Virus record (IMG/VR): IMGVR_UViG_3300021387_000147
Origin: a virus
Taxonomy: Duplodnaviria > Caudoviricetes
DNA length: 64,000 bases
Reading direction: 5' to 3' (one strand)
In this document: piece after piece, positions 10,701 to 18,984 of the stretch
Layout: every line of letters starts with the position of its first letter
Numbering within the stretch: position 1 is the stretch's first letter
Notes under the pieces: model-generated
Databases searched by the model: none
Seen by the model: the letters and a program-made list of their open reading frames with translations, nothing else
What the model was told of the DNA's origin: nothing
Position numbers and translations under genes: made by a program

Positions 10701-11584
10701 GCAACATTATTTCCATCTATCAATGTTTCATTATCATATACAACTTCACAATTTGATGCAGAAGTTAAATTTATAGGTATATATTCATCCTTTTGTGTAG
10801 ATGGATTGAAATACTTTTCTGAAAGATTAATATCATCAACTGGTCCACAATAATGACAATTTGAATTTGTACCAAAACAATATGGACATACAGTATGATC
10901 TATTGTATCATACAAACTATTTGATTCAACTATACCAGAAATTGCGCTATTCCATGAATATAATTGTTTTTCTGTTTTAGATTTACCTAAATATAATACG
11001 TCATCATCTTCAAATAAATTATCAAATGCTGAATAACTATTATCAGCGTATTTAATTCCTTTATTATCAACAATATCAAAATATGGAACTTTAGTATCAA
11101 TATTTCCACCAGATAAATCTTTTAATGTAGTTGGATAAGAAGTCCATGGAGCTTGTGCAACATGACCTTCATTCAAATTCATAAAGCCCCAAACAATATT
11201 TGTTCCAGCATGTTTATAGACTTTATATTCATCATCTTTATAAACTTCTGTCATGTTTGGTAAACTATTGATATTATCAACTACCATTGGAATTTCACCC
11301 AAAAGATTACTATCCTTTGGATCATCACAATAATTATATACCTTAATATAACGATATACAGGTTCACAACATAGTGGGTCTACGTTATCACTGTGTGAAC
11401 ACATATAAATGAAATTATTTTTTCTTCCATTTCTTAATACTTTTATCCATCCATGACCATATCCAGAAGTATCTAATTCGATATTTCCATCAACGTCATA
11501 GCCAAGTCCTCTCAAACGACTTGTTAAAGTATCATAAGCAGTCTGCAATTTAAATTTAGGTTTATTATTACGTGATATTATCAT
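7727..11584 (-). CDS. Large late protein with multiple CxxCxGxG zinc-binding half-sites
   Basis: CRTCSGVG, CPTCGRTG, CKMCNGEG, CPVCNGVG, CDHCHDTG, CPTCLGLG, CPECGGT; ATG 4 nt after TATAAATA (11589-11596). Confidence 0.7.
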   Translation of the reverse strand: MIISRNNKPKFKLQTAYDTLTSRLRGLGYDVDGNIELDTSGYGHGWIKVLRNGRKNNFIYMCSHSDNVDPLCCEPVYRYIKVYNYCDDPKDSNLLGEIPMVVDNINSLPNMTEVYKDDEYKVYKHAGTNIVWGFMNLNEGHVAQAPWTSYPTTLKDLSGGNIDTKVPYFDIVDNKGIKYADNSYSAFDNLFEDDDVLYLGKSKTEKQLYSWNSAISGIVESNSLYDTIDHTVCPYCFGTNSNCHYCGPVDDINLSEKYFNPSTQKDEYIPINLTSASNCEVVYDNETLIDGNNVALFEKAIRNSDPEYSIDHQLSIEKLYDTTYKINYCIHKQGENTESKRIDGPTPIWFNWRSAYIKRSIIKTLSETDFTEISDTFTYKNLAQITVKFKLPPLNTKIEALELPDFLWNPQSSHPSWVSLSNIVSSEYLHAYMKDHKDFNGEYENIMVHVNDNNSKPAEILNYMLHSKTKTFEYSPKYSWNYDEIMNFILYKDENLSVLPSRNGVYHLKTNYYNELNNLSDIGNLENVLDGNTCMHVGYLGDNQIHSAYNVAINDKDNDISYLQAYPYIKNPYQTRYNYFPNEETQNMLYWNTPKNGFFEGVFQFHNDVIDAIPNKYVWLTLNESAYDVYNNSTRNCDPIQYEPYYSYEGKIDTAEIRKPETDKKWQWQNNFHNFMTNREVKTIYYKESFSAHDTLSAGSGMTYLANGQENSNVAQNFIFTDRPAIANDYFNKGTDMKIHNNISWNGLSAYRHVCRTCSGVGMINPYKHGCNNWANYPYKGESPFYELQSNDLLCPTCGRTGINIRYLYYKHKYVKPLSMYGLQLNDVADPRISNKNQLLLPTNLMDEDIKKDLILYTTSAEPIGYSACTVYGSKLTYKKAYLGYGQMWNYVDVPRDVNNNFQFVTDFHQIYPKWDRLTGTEQNKIRKQYQNQLYRGIELPDNFVQYYAFRGQDKNVAGGPKDAWSRIFFDPKWIEKQYFENNTLENPCQYNLKEEIINRGEHNHNHVSQEKYTLNMNNRYYPYYGEVGHHDRDLELDYRKTGVKLQHTCKMCNGEGEIDVYKVNSKGEVIYDIMNNPTIVKDVCPVCNGVGYLEDTHREDYNIAKCDHCHDTGYVVCPTCLGLGTTYKAKKDYTYNESNTTPIATTDSRSNYVVGYITIQDTVKKVQFYTFHSTSIPKSGTLWIPEKVGEEIEYGTAVPDELEDMIELKQCPNCSPYNKVINGLFYIPCPECGGTFKYKNQIYGDTEEKHYRIAPGNEDNKKLYKYISINAVSIDNISVEMDNG

Positions 11585-11599
11585 ATCATATTTATAAAC

Positions 11600-11630
11600 A
11601 AAAAAGACTCTATCTTTCGATAGAGTCTTA
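11600..11630 (-). terminator. Intrinsic terminator
   Basis: AAGACTCTATC/GATAGAGTCTT stem plus T-run. Confidence 0.75.
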
Positions 11631-11660
11631 AAACAAAACAAATTGTCAAATAAATTTTAT

Positions 11661-12467
11661 TTACTTAGCAGTCTTTTCGTCTTCGTCAAAGAGCTTTTCA
11701 ACAAACTTTGCCTGAATAAGTGCATTCAGATCAAAGCCATCGCCCTGAGTGAGAGCCTGATAAGTCAACAGCTTGCCAATGGTAAGTTCCTTACCGCTGT
11801 CAAGGTCCTTCAAGAGCTTTTCAGTCTGCTTAGCCTGAATAATCTCATTAATATCAATTCCCTTACCTGTCGTAATGCCCTGCATAATAGTCATCTTGGT
11901 AAGAGGAATATCCTTTCCATTGCCGACAGCATCCATCATCTTTTCAGCCATCTTAGCCTGGAGAATTGCATTGACGTCAATCTTAGTATTAATCGTCATC
12001 TTGTTCTTTGTGTTATTTTCATTTGCCATAGTAGCATCTTCCTTTTTAGTTAATTTGTTTTTGTTATATTTTTCTTTGATTTTGTCCATCATACGTTCAC
12101 ATTCATCAACGTCATCTAAATTGCCATCATAAAATGCTCGCATCTTTCGTTTATTCAACTGGACTAAATCTTCTTCACTATCACGATCCATCATTTTTGC
12201 ATCCTTTGTTATTTTATCGAGTGCCCTTTCTAAGGTCTCATGACGGTGTCGTTCTTTTAGTTCTTCTTCTCGTTTCTTTCTAGCCTCTTCTACTAATTGT
12301 CTCCGTGCATACTCTTCTTGCATACGTCTGGCTTCTTCCATTTCATATCCAAATCGCTTATACACAGAGTTTTCATAGAAATCATCATCTTTAGGTTTGA
12401 GTGCACGATCCCACTCGCACCTATTGATAATGCTTTGATTGGCTAGTGCATCTTCTATACCAGCCAT
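11661..12467 (-). CDS. Hypothetical protein with C-terminal ~41-aa tandem repeats; possible internal start at 12029
   Basis: IDVNAILQAK / IDINEIIQAK / FDLNALIQAK repeats. Confidence 0.65.
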   Translation of the reverse strand: MAGIEDALANQSIINRCEWDRALKPKDDDFYENSVYKRFGYEMEEARRMQEEYARRQLVEEARKKREEELKERHRHETLERALDKITKDAKMMDRDSEEDLVQLNKRKMRAFYDGNLDDVDECERMMDKIKEKYNKNKLTKKEDATMANENNTKNKMTINTKIDVNAILQAKMAEKMMDAVGNGKDIPLTKMTIMQGITTGKGIDINEIIQAKQTEKLLKDLDSGKELTIGKLLTYQALTQGDGFDLNALIQAKFVEKLFDEDEKTAK

Positions 12468-12475
12468 TGACCTCC

Positions 12476-13420
12476 TTAGACGGCTTCATCGAGTTCATTT
12501 TCCCAATCAAGGTCCATATCATCGGACAGCTTGAGAAGTTCCTTCAGATTAGCCGGCTTAATAATGTTCAAATTATAACCGAACTTGTCCTTAATACCTT
12601 CATCGAAGTGAAGTTCATAAAGGGGCTGAAGGTCCTTGTAAGAGTAAGCTGCGATAACTTCACCATTCTTCATGATAACGTTGTGTTCACACCACTTATT
12701 CCAATCCAGCTTGTACTTCTTAGCAATTTCGGAAATCTTAGCACCGATCTTGAACTTCTTCAGAGATACGTTTGCAACTTCATCACATTCTTCCGCAGCC
12801 TTAGCAGCGAAGTAAGCATCGAGGTGCTTCAGAATGTTTCGGTCAGTAATCACATGCGGAATCTTATTGAAAGTCACGGACTTACCATTGTACCAGTTCA
12901 TTTCAATACCATTCATGAGCAACTTTTCTTCAACCTTACTCATCTTCGTAATGTATTCTGCATTCTTGACCTGGAATTCCTTGTCCATAACCTTTTCAGA
13001 CAAAGCGATAAGGTCCTTGTAAACCTGTTCCTTTTCGTTGCGGAAACGGTCAGCGGAAACAACGTAGATGAAGTCACGAGAGCGGGTAATCTTACCACGC
13101 TTGGACTCAGCAATCTTACGATAAATACGCATACGCTTTGCAGACGGACCCTTAACGAGATTATGAGACTTAAGGAAAGCGTTGAATTCGATCTGTTCAT
13201 CAACAGTCAGCGGTTCAACATGGTCAATAATCTTACCAATTCCACCTTTAGCAACAATGCGACCCTTTGCATTGCGCTTTGCAACGACCTTCTTCTTGGC
13301 CGTAGCCTTCACAGTCTTCTTAGCAGTCTTCTTCACAACCTTCTTTGCATTCTTCTTCATAGCAACCTTCTTGTTAGAGTTCTTGACAGTGTTCTTGGTG
13401 GCGTTGGTGTTGTTCTTCAT
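12476..13420 (-). CDS. Early protein with histone H1-like Lys/Ala-rich N-terminus
   Basis: KKNAKKVVKKTAKKTVKATAKKKVVAKR; first gene after the 13470-13529 promoter. Confidence 0.65.
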   Translation of the reverse strand: MKNNTNATKNTVKNSNKKVAMKKNAKKVVKKTAKKTVKATAKKKVVAKRNAKGRIVAKGGIGKIIDHVEPLTVDEQIEFNAFLKSHNLVKGPSAKRMRIYRKIAESKRGKITRSRDFIYVVSADRFRNEKEQVYKDLIALSEKVMDKEFQVKNAEYITKMSKVEEKLLMNGIEMNWYNGKSVTFNKIPHVITDRNILKHLDAYFAAKAAEECDEVANVSLKKFKIGAKISEIAKKYKLDWNKWCEHNVIMKNGEVIAAYSYKDLQPLYELHFDEGIKDKFGYNLNIIKPANLKELLKLSDDMDLDWENELDEAV

Positions 13421-13469
13421 AGTTATACCTTTTGTAAAGTTGTTTAGTAGTATCTTTTATTTTAACAAG

Positions 13470-13608
13470 TAAAATATACTTAATTATTGGCCCTTTGGAA
13501 ACCCCTTTTTTTGTAAAACTTTCTTTACATTTCTTTGAAATTTTTGTCATTTTATGTCAAAATGTCATATTTTGACACTTCCAGGGGCTTTGTAAACTAA
13601 AGTTTACA
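13470..13608 (-). promoter_or_regulatory. Sigma70-type promoter with TGTAAA-N6-TTTACA operators
   Basis: TTTCCA-N17-TATATT; boxes at 13512-13529 and 13591-13608. Confidence 0.7.
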
Positions 13609-13612
13609 TTCC

Positions 13613-13822
13613 CTAGGGGTAGGTTTTGACTACTTTTCCATTTTCATCTAATTCTTGCGTATATGCGACGTCAGTCGTCATATCATCGATATGGCCAGAA
13701 CGAGCATCAATTGACTGTTCAATTTCTTCCAAAGCCTTTTCCTGGGCTTCTTCGTAATCTTCTGCTTCTACTTCAATTGACCATTCGATAGTCTTTGTAC
13801 CAATTACATTAAACTTAGGCAT
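13613..13822 (-). CDS. Small acidic protein (DpnD/PcfM-like)
   Basis: IEVEAEDYEEAQEKA motif. Confidence 0.5.
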   Translation of the reverse strand: MPKFNVIGTKTIEWSIEVEAEDYEEAQEKALEEIEQSIDARSGHIDDMTTDVAYTQELDENGKVVKTYP

Positions 13823-14349
13823 TATTTATTTCCTTTTGAATAGATTGCCATACATTCTGCCATGATTTCTAAGAACGTGATATGGACTTCATCACCATTC
13901 TGCTTGAATAGGAATGCTTTTCCACCAGCTTCATTCCACTGTTTTACATTATCTTCATTGTCATCAATAAGAATAGACTGACTATCTGCTTCTTTAAACT
14001 TCATGGAGCCTTTATTGATAATCTTAATCATATCTTCTTTGATTTCTGGAAAATGCTTTTTAAGGAATTCACGTTTACCATCTTTACCTTCTTGAAGATA
14101 AATGGCCGACATGATACCAATTTCAATATCAACACCAATTTCTGCAGCATCTTTAACAAAGCCATTAATCTTGTTATAAAGAGACAGACCATAAGGAATT
14201 ACTTCCATATCTGCCCAGAATGACGGACCAATTGCTTTGAGCTTAAACCAATTAGGTTTGCCCGTTTTCTTATTACGGCCTTTGACTTCTTCAATCTTCT
14301 TGTCAAAATCAGCCAACACGCCGTCCATATCAAAATAAATTTTAATCAT
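13822..14349 (-). CDS. HAD-family 5'(3')-deoxyribonucleotidase
   Basis: IYFDMDGVLADF ... ILIDDNEDNVKQWNEAGG. Confidence 0.85.
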   Translation of the reverse strand: MIKIYFDMDGVLADFDKKIEEVKGRNKKTGKPNWFKLKAIGPSFWADMEVIPYGLSLYNKINGFVKDAAEIGVDIEIGIMSAIYLQEGKDGKREFLKKHFPEIKEDMIKIINKGSMKFKEADSQSILIDDNEDNVKQWNEAGGKAFLFKQNGDEVHITFLEIMAECMAIYSKGNK

Positions 14350-14830
14350 TTTCTACCTTAAATTTGTTATCATCATCAAGTGATAAAAGCCAATTCTTAA
14401 AATGACCTTTAGCCAAACGAATATATTTGTCTCTGAATGCATCAAATGCAATAAAACCTGCAGCATCTTCAGAGTTATGTTTGATAAAGTCACTATAATC
14501 ATTGATAAATGCTTTCGCATACTTCAAAGACGGACAAATGTATTTAAACCAATTCCATTTGCATTCCTTATGATTATATCCAAAGTAAACATCAAACATA
14601 TAATAAATTTTGTTTACATACACTGGGTTATATGCACATGTTCCTGTATAGGCTGTGATATAGTCCAGAGGAACGATATGATTTAGAACTACTCTCATAT
14701 CGTGATTTGTTGGGTCTGGAATAGTTGTTTCCCAATAGTTAACTAAACATGCTTTGTCTAAATTTAGTGACTTAAATAGGTTTTTGATTTCTTCACTATT
14801 CCGACGAATTCCATCATTTACAGGCTTCAT
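14342..14830 (-). CDS. Hypothetical protein
   Basis: ORF in a tightly packed operon. Confidence 0.6.
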   Translation of the reverse strand: MKPVNDGIRRNSEEIKNLFKSLNLDKACLVNYWETTIPDPTNHDMRVVLNHIVPLDYITAYTGTCAYNPVYVNKIYYMFDVYFGYNHKECKWNWFKYICPSLKYAKAFINDYSDFIKHNSEDAAGFIAFDAFRDKYIRLAKGHFKNWLLSLDDDNKFKVEND

Positions 14831-15159
14831 TATAAACCTGCCTTTTCCATACAACGTTCAAAAATCTTGTATTCTTTTGTTGCCTTACGACGTTCAATTT
14901 CTTTTAGTGCTTCCTGACGAACATTTTCATCATAATTCTGAATGCTATCAAGTTCAGCCTTATAGAAATTCCTAGCAATTGTAGTTGATTTAATATCAGA
15001 CTCACATGCGATTAGACGAGCCTTATACTTGTCTTCTATCTTCTTAATATCTGTCTGCACAGTCTCAATTTGCTTTTGATCCTGGCGCATCTGATAATGC
15101 ATACCAAGCGGGAATGCTATAACACAACCAAACAAATAACAAACTATATACCATTTCAT
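14830..15159 (-). CDS. Membrane-anchored coiled-coil protein
   Basis: N-terminal TM segment KWYIVCYLFGCVIAFPLG followed by a charged helix. Confidence 0.55.
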   Translation of the reverse strand: MKWYIVCYLFGCVIAFPLGMHYQMRQDQKQIETVQTDIKKIEDKYKARLIACESDIKSTTIARNFYKAELDSIQNYDENVRQEALKEIERRKATKEYKIFERCMEKAGL

Positions 15160-15175
15160 TATGCAACCACCTCTA

Positions 15176-15832
15176 TTAATAGTACTTTTCCCAAACTTCC
15201 TGATCCATTCCATAGTCAAGAAGGATAATCTTTCCAGCCTTATTCACACCAAGCTGGGCATCGTAAATATCATGAATTTTGTTCTTCCAGATGAAAGTAG
15301 CCAATTCCTTGATTTCCTTAGCGAGCTTTTTGAAAATAGCCGGCTTATATTTGGCTTCATCTTTCGTTTCTCTGACAAAGTCTTTAACAATGTTTTGGAC
15401 CTTCTTGGCCGTGTAATGTTCATTTACGTTAATATCGACATAGTCAGAAAAATTGTCAGCGTTAATGTTTACATCCTTATCTTCAAGGAAGCGGTTCAGA
15501 GAAGAGCAACGTTCTACGATAAGGTAATAACCCTTTGGGTGATACAATTTGATTTTTGCAACACGGTCAGGCGACTTTTCGAAAACTCGAAGCTCTACCA
15601 AGTTCTGAGCCATTCCACGACGGTCTTTTGCCATCTTAATGACAGTATTCTTATCGAGTGCCCAAACTCTGCGAGAAGAGCCAGAACCGATTTTGTAATA
15701 TCTGCTATAGAGAATATCGAAAACCTTGTCGAACTTTGGCGTATCTTCAAAGTCGAAGTCATCGGATTTGATGCAGTCTTCGTATGCACATTCAATTTGA
15801 TAGAGAAAATCATTAAGCATTTTCAGAGTCAT
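15176..15832 (-). CDS. Protein kinase-like fold protein
   Basis: KIGSGSSRRVW Gly-loop, VIKMAK, NLVE, DIYDAQLG, IILLDYG. Confidence 0.7.
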   Translation of the reverse strand: MTLKMLNDFLYQIECAYEDCIKSDDFDFEDTPKFDKVFDILYSRYYKIGSGSSRRVWALDKNTVIKMAKDRRGMAQNLVELRVFEKSPDRVAKIKLYHPKGYYLIVERCSSLNRFLEDKDVNINADNFSDYVDINVNEHYTAKKVQNIVKDFVRETKDEAKYKPAIFKKLAKEIKELATFIWKNKIHDIYDAQLGVNKAGKIILLDYGMDQEVWEKYY

Positions 15833-15844
15833 TTTGCTACCTCA

Positions 15845-15964
15845 TTAGACTTCAACTTCGATCCACTTGTTTCCGTTCTTTTCTTCAAACAAAGTCACAC
15901 CCTTAAGAATTTTGGTGGACTTAGCCTTAAACTTTTCACGCTTACCAACAGCTTTAGTTTTCAT
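15845..15964 (-). CDS. 39-aa basic early peptide (not in ORF track)
   Basis: MKTKAVGKREKFKAKSTKILKGVTLFEEKNGNKWIEVEV, with a GAGG RBS directly after the promoter. Confidence 0.55.
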   Translation of the reverse strand: MKTKAVGKREKFKAKSTKILKGVTLFEEKNGNKWIEVEV

Positions 15965-15988
15965 CTGGAACCTCTTAATTTTTACAAG

Positions 15989-16117
15989 TAAAATATACCT
16001 ATTTTTGGATTCTTTGTTAACCCCTATTTTTGTAAAATGTTTTTTACAAAACTGCTCCAGAATGGCATGTTCGTATATTGTTCGTATAATGTTAATAAAA
16101 AGTTTACAATGTTCGTA
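15989..16117 (-). promoter_or_regulatory. Sigma70-type promoter with TGTAAA-N6-TTTACA operator and TGTTCGTA repeats
   Basis: TTAACA-N17-TATATT; box 16031-16048; TGTTCGTA at 16068, 16079 and 16110. Confidence 0.7.
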
Positions 16118-16190
16118 GATTTTATGACAGAAAATGACAAAAAATCCAGCCCTGGAGGACTGGATTTTAGTTTAACAAAAAAGGAAATTT

Positions 16191-16679
16191 TTAAGCGGTC
16201 AAAAGGCCAACGACAAATGGCTTTGCTTTATCAGGGAATTCGTCTAAATCTAATACAACTAATTCTACTTCCTGAGTTGCAGTTTCTACTTTGCGATTAT
16301 TTTCATCTTTATGAGCTACTCTTTCTAGTGCATCTTTATAGACGTTATCTAGTGCTTCTTTAGCTGCGTTAAATTCGACTATTTGTTCTTTAATAGAGAC
16401 GCCAGTTTCATTCTGAATTATATTACCTTGTTCATCTCTATCAGCATATTTTACAATAGTATCATTCAAATCATGCTTATATTTTTGATATTCTGTATCA
16501 TTTGCTTCATTATAAACAGATCCAATAATGTTATTATAAGGAATAGTTAAAGCTTCTATATTCTTATATAGCATTAGAGAGTATTTTGGATTTAGTCCTT
16601 CTGTATTCAAGTTTTTTACGAATTCGTTGAATAGTTGAAGGATTTCATAGTTTTTCAATTCACGTTTTGTTATTTTCAT
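16191..16679 (-). CDS. Hypothetical phage protein
   Basis: 162-aa ORF followed by a terminator hairpin near 16140-16170. Confidence 0.65.
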   Translation of the reverse strand: MKITKRELKNYEILQLFNEFVKNLNTEGLNPKYSLMLYKNIEALTIPYNNIIGSVYNEANDTEYQKYKHDLNDTIVKYADRDEQGNIIQNETGVSIKEQIVEFNAAKEALDNVYKDALERVAHKDENNRKVETATQEVELVVLDLDEFPDKAKPFVVGLLTA

Positions 16680-16681
16680 TA

Positions 16682-17146
16682 TTAACCTACAAGTATGTTT
16701 TTATTATATAAGAAATGTAAGAAACTATATACATGTTTACAAACAGTTGGAATTTGCTTACTATTTCTAATTTTATTAGGAATTCTATTATTAGATTTAA
16801 CTACACCGCCCAATACGTTATATTTAGCGTCTGGATATGCCACGTTGTAGCGAAAAGCATTGCATGTGCAATTTACTTTACCAACTAAAGAAAGCATCAG
16901 AGGCGTCTCCAGGTTATCCCTGTGAAGTTCCACAATTACATTATAGGAACCTTTTCCAGATTGTGATTTTACTAAGCCTTTTATGACAGTATCTTGTTTA
17001 TCTTTTCCATCGATATGCCAATTAACTACTTGAATATCTTTATCTGAATATGGAAATACTTTCCTATAATTATCAATCAAATTTTTCAATGTTGGTTGAT
17101 TTGCTTCATTTAAGGATAATGTTTCTAAGTATTCTAATAGATTCAT
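16682..17146 (-). CDS. SWIM zinc-finger protein
   Basis: VNCTCNAF ... VCKHV; ATG 4 nt after TATAAATA (17151-17158). Confidence 0.7.
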   Translation of the reverse strand: MNLLEYLETLSLNEANQPTLKNLIDNYRKVFPYSDKDIQVVNWHIDGKDKQDTVIKGLVKSQSGKGSYNVIVELHRDNLETPLMLSLVGKVNCTCNAFRYNVAYPDAKYNVLGGVVKSNNRIPNKIRNSKQIPTVCKHVYSFLHFLYNKNILVG

Positions 17147-17149
17147 AAC

Positions 17150-17656
17150 TTATTTATATAGCTCTTTTATTTGGTCTTTAGTCAAAATTCTTTGATTACT
17201 TGAACCTCTAAATTTAAGAGTTAAATCTTTCTTTGCTTCTATAAATGGACCATCTACTAAGACATCTACATTTTCTATAATTGCATTTGTAACTCCTTGA
17301 ATATATTTTCTTTGACCATATTTTAAATCTTTATCTAGAATATATCCAGTATACATCCAAAGAGTTTTATCAGGACAATTTAGTTTGAATTTCTTAATAA
17401 AAGAAAGTAAAGCTAATTGATTTTCTTGTTCAAATGGGTCTCCACCTAAAATAGTCAATCCTGAAATATAAGACTTTTTACATTGTTCTATTATTTCAAA
17501 TTCTTCTATTGGAGTAAAAGGTTTACCATATTCAAAATCCCATGTTTGTTCTGAAAAGCAACCTTTACAATGATTTCTACATCCACTAACAAATAAACTA
17601 ACTCTGACACCATCACCATCAGCTGTGTCAATCATCTTTATATTACCAAAGTTCAT
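17150..17656 (-). CDS. nrdG: Anaerobic ribonucleotide reductase activating enzyme
   Basis: DGDGVRVSLFVSGCRNHCKGCF, LGGDP, VDVLVDGPF, FRGSSNQR. Confidence 0.95.
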   Translation of the reverse strand: MNFGNIKMIDTADGDGVRVSLFVSGCRNHCKGCFSEQTWDFEYGKPFTPIEEFEIIEQCKKSYISGLTILGGDPFEQENQLALLSFIKKFKLNCPDKTLWMYTGYILDKDLKYGQRKYIQGVTNAIIENVDVLVDGPFIEAKKDLTLKFRGSSNQRILTKDQIKELYK

Positions 17657-17657
17657 A

Positions 17658-17903
17658 TTATTCTACAATATATCCGTTATTTTCAAGTATTTCAATTGAT
17701 TCACGTAAATCTCTGAATTGGTCTTGTATTGCTTGAATACAATCATATTCAGACATTCCATCTACATAATAGTCTCTTATCCAAGAGTCTATATCGTGTC
17801 TAACACTATCAGACTGCTGTCTATAATCAAATCCAAGTTTCTTTAAAATATATTGCTTGTATTTGTCATATTTGTTAGACATAAACTTTTCATCTATTTC
17901 CAT
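17658..17903 (-). CDS. Late protein with C-terminal LRESIEILENNGY motif
   Basis: TATAAATA at 17919-17926; GAGG RBS. Confidence 0.65.
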   Translation of the reverse strand: MEIDEKFMSNKYDKYKQYILKKLGFDYRQQSDSVRHDIDSWIRDYYVDGMSEYDCIQAIQDQFRDLRESIEILENNGYIVE

Positions 17904-17983
17904 AAATACCTCTAAACTTATTTATATAAAGGAAAAGACACCGTCTCCAGTGTCTTTAATATAATTAAATTTTGATATTTGTA

Positions 17984-18457
17984 TTAGACTTTTTTGATAG
18001 AAATCCCAAAATTTCTACATGCCCAGTTATTCAAATCATCAGAACCCCAATGTTCTGGACTAGATGCAAACCATTCAATTGCCTTATCAGCAACACCAGC
18101 TTTAAATCTTGAATAACCTGCAATTCTTACACCACCTCTAAAGAAGTCATCACATTCTTCTCTAGAGAACTTTCTATTATTTCCTTTTGTGGTATATAGA
18201 ACATCATGAAGAATAGCAGCACAATTATATTTCATGTTCTTTTTATCCCATTTTGGTAAGAACCATGTAAACATAGATGGTACACTTGCTCCATCTGTTC
18301 TAAAACCTTTATCAATTCTTAATGTTAGTTTATAAGCGTCATTTCCTTTCATATATGAAGCAATGATATATCCTGTGTCATTAGTCATTGTCCATAATTT
18401 ATTCTTTTCAGAAAATGCTAAATTTTTATATTCAATGTTAACTAAAGTAATAGCCAT
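17984..18457 (-). CDS. DUF1353-family protein
   Basis: GFRTDGASVP ... AAILHDVLY ... SREECDDFF. Confidence 0.8.
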   Translation of the reverse strand: MAITLVNIEYKNLAFSEKNKLWTMTNDTGYIIASYMKGNDAYKLTLRIDKGFRTDGASVPSMFTWFLPKWDKKNMKYNCAAILHDVLYTTKGNNRKFSREECDDFFRGGVRIAGYSRFKAGVADKAIEWFASSPEHWGSDDLNNWACRNFGISIKKV

Positions 18458-18563
18458 AAGATTACCTCATTATAGTTAAATGAGATATACTTTTTTCACT
18501 GTTGTCACAAATTATCTTATCTTTATATTTATTAAAAAAGGCGGTATTTAAACCGCCTTATTT

Positions 18564-18983
18564 TTAAAAGTAATTATCAATATCTAGAAGGATATTATGC
18601 ACTGTTGTTCCTAATGTATCTGCTTGTGTTTCAGTTTCTCCATCAATGAATTTTGCATAAGGACGATAATATTGAATATAATGATCATCTTCTGGATCAT
18701 ATAATGCAAATTTATCATTACCTTCGTATTTTAAAATTAATGTATTTATATGATTTTCATATTTTGGATTTTTCTGATGAACTGTAATTACAATTTCTTT
18801 TCCTTGTAATTCAGCTTCACACCATGTATGTTGAGGTCCAACTGCCTTTTTAAATGAAGCTGATTTATTAAATGCCTTCAACATACGTTGCATATAACGT
18901 GTTGTATTAAATTTGTCAGTATCTTCTTTTAATAAAGAATAACCTGCATCTCTCATTACTTTCTTAGCTTCTAGTAAATTCAT
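18564..18983 (-). CDS. Late protein with MNLLEAKKVMRDAGY N-terminus
   Basis: First 15 aa identical to 29566-29958. Confidence 0.7.
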   Translation of the reverse strand: MNLLEAKKVMRDAGYSLLKEDTDKFNTTRYMQRMLKAFNKSASFKKAVGPQHTWCEAELQGKEIVITVHQKNPKYENHINTLILKYEGNDKFALYDPEDDHYIQYYRPYAKFIDGETETQADTLGTTVHNILLDIDNYF

Positions 18984-18984
18984 A

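Noticed and set aside
7727-11584. DnaJ chaperone
   Set aside because: CxxCxGxG motifs are present, but there is no HPD J-domain or G/F region, and the size and late context do not fit
12446-13447. Long plus-strand ORFs (also 15161-15991, 30984-31622, 40350-41099, 45445-46155, 51230-51835)
   Set aside because: Antisense shadows of real minus-strand genes with biased codon usage; no RBS or motifs
14830-15159. i-spanin
   Set aside because: TM plus coiled coil fits, but no adjacent or embedded lipoprotein and no lysis genes; it sits in an early operon
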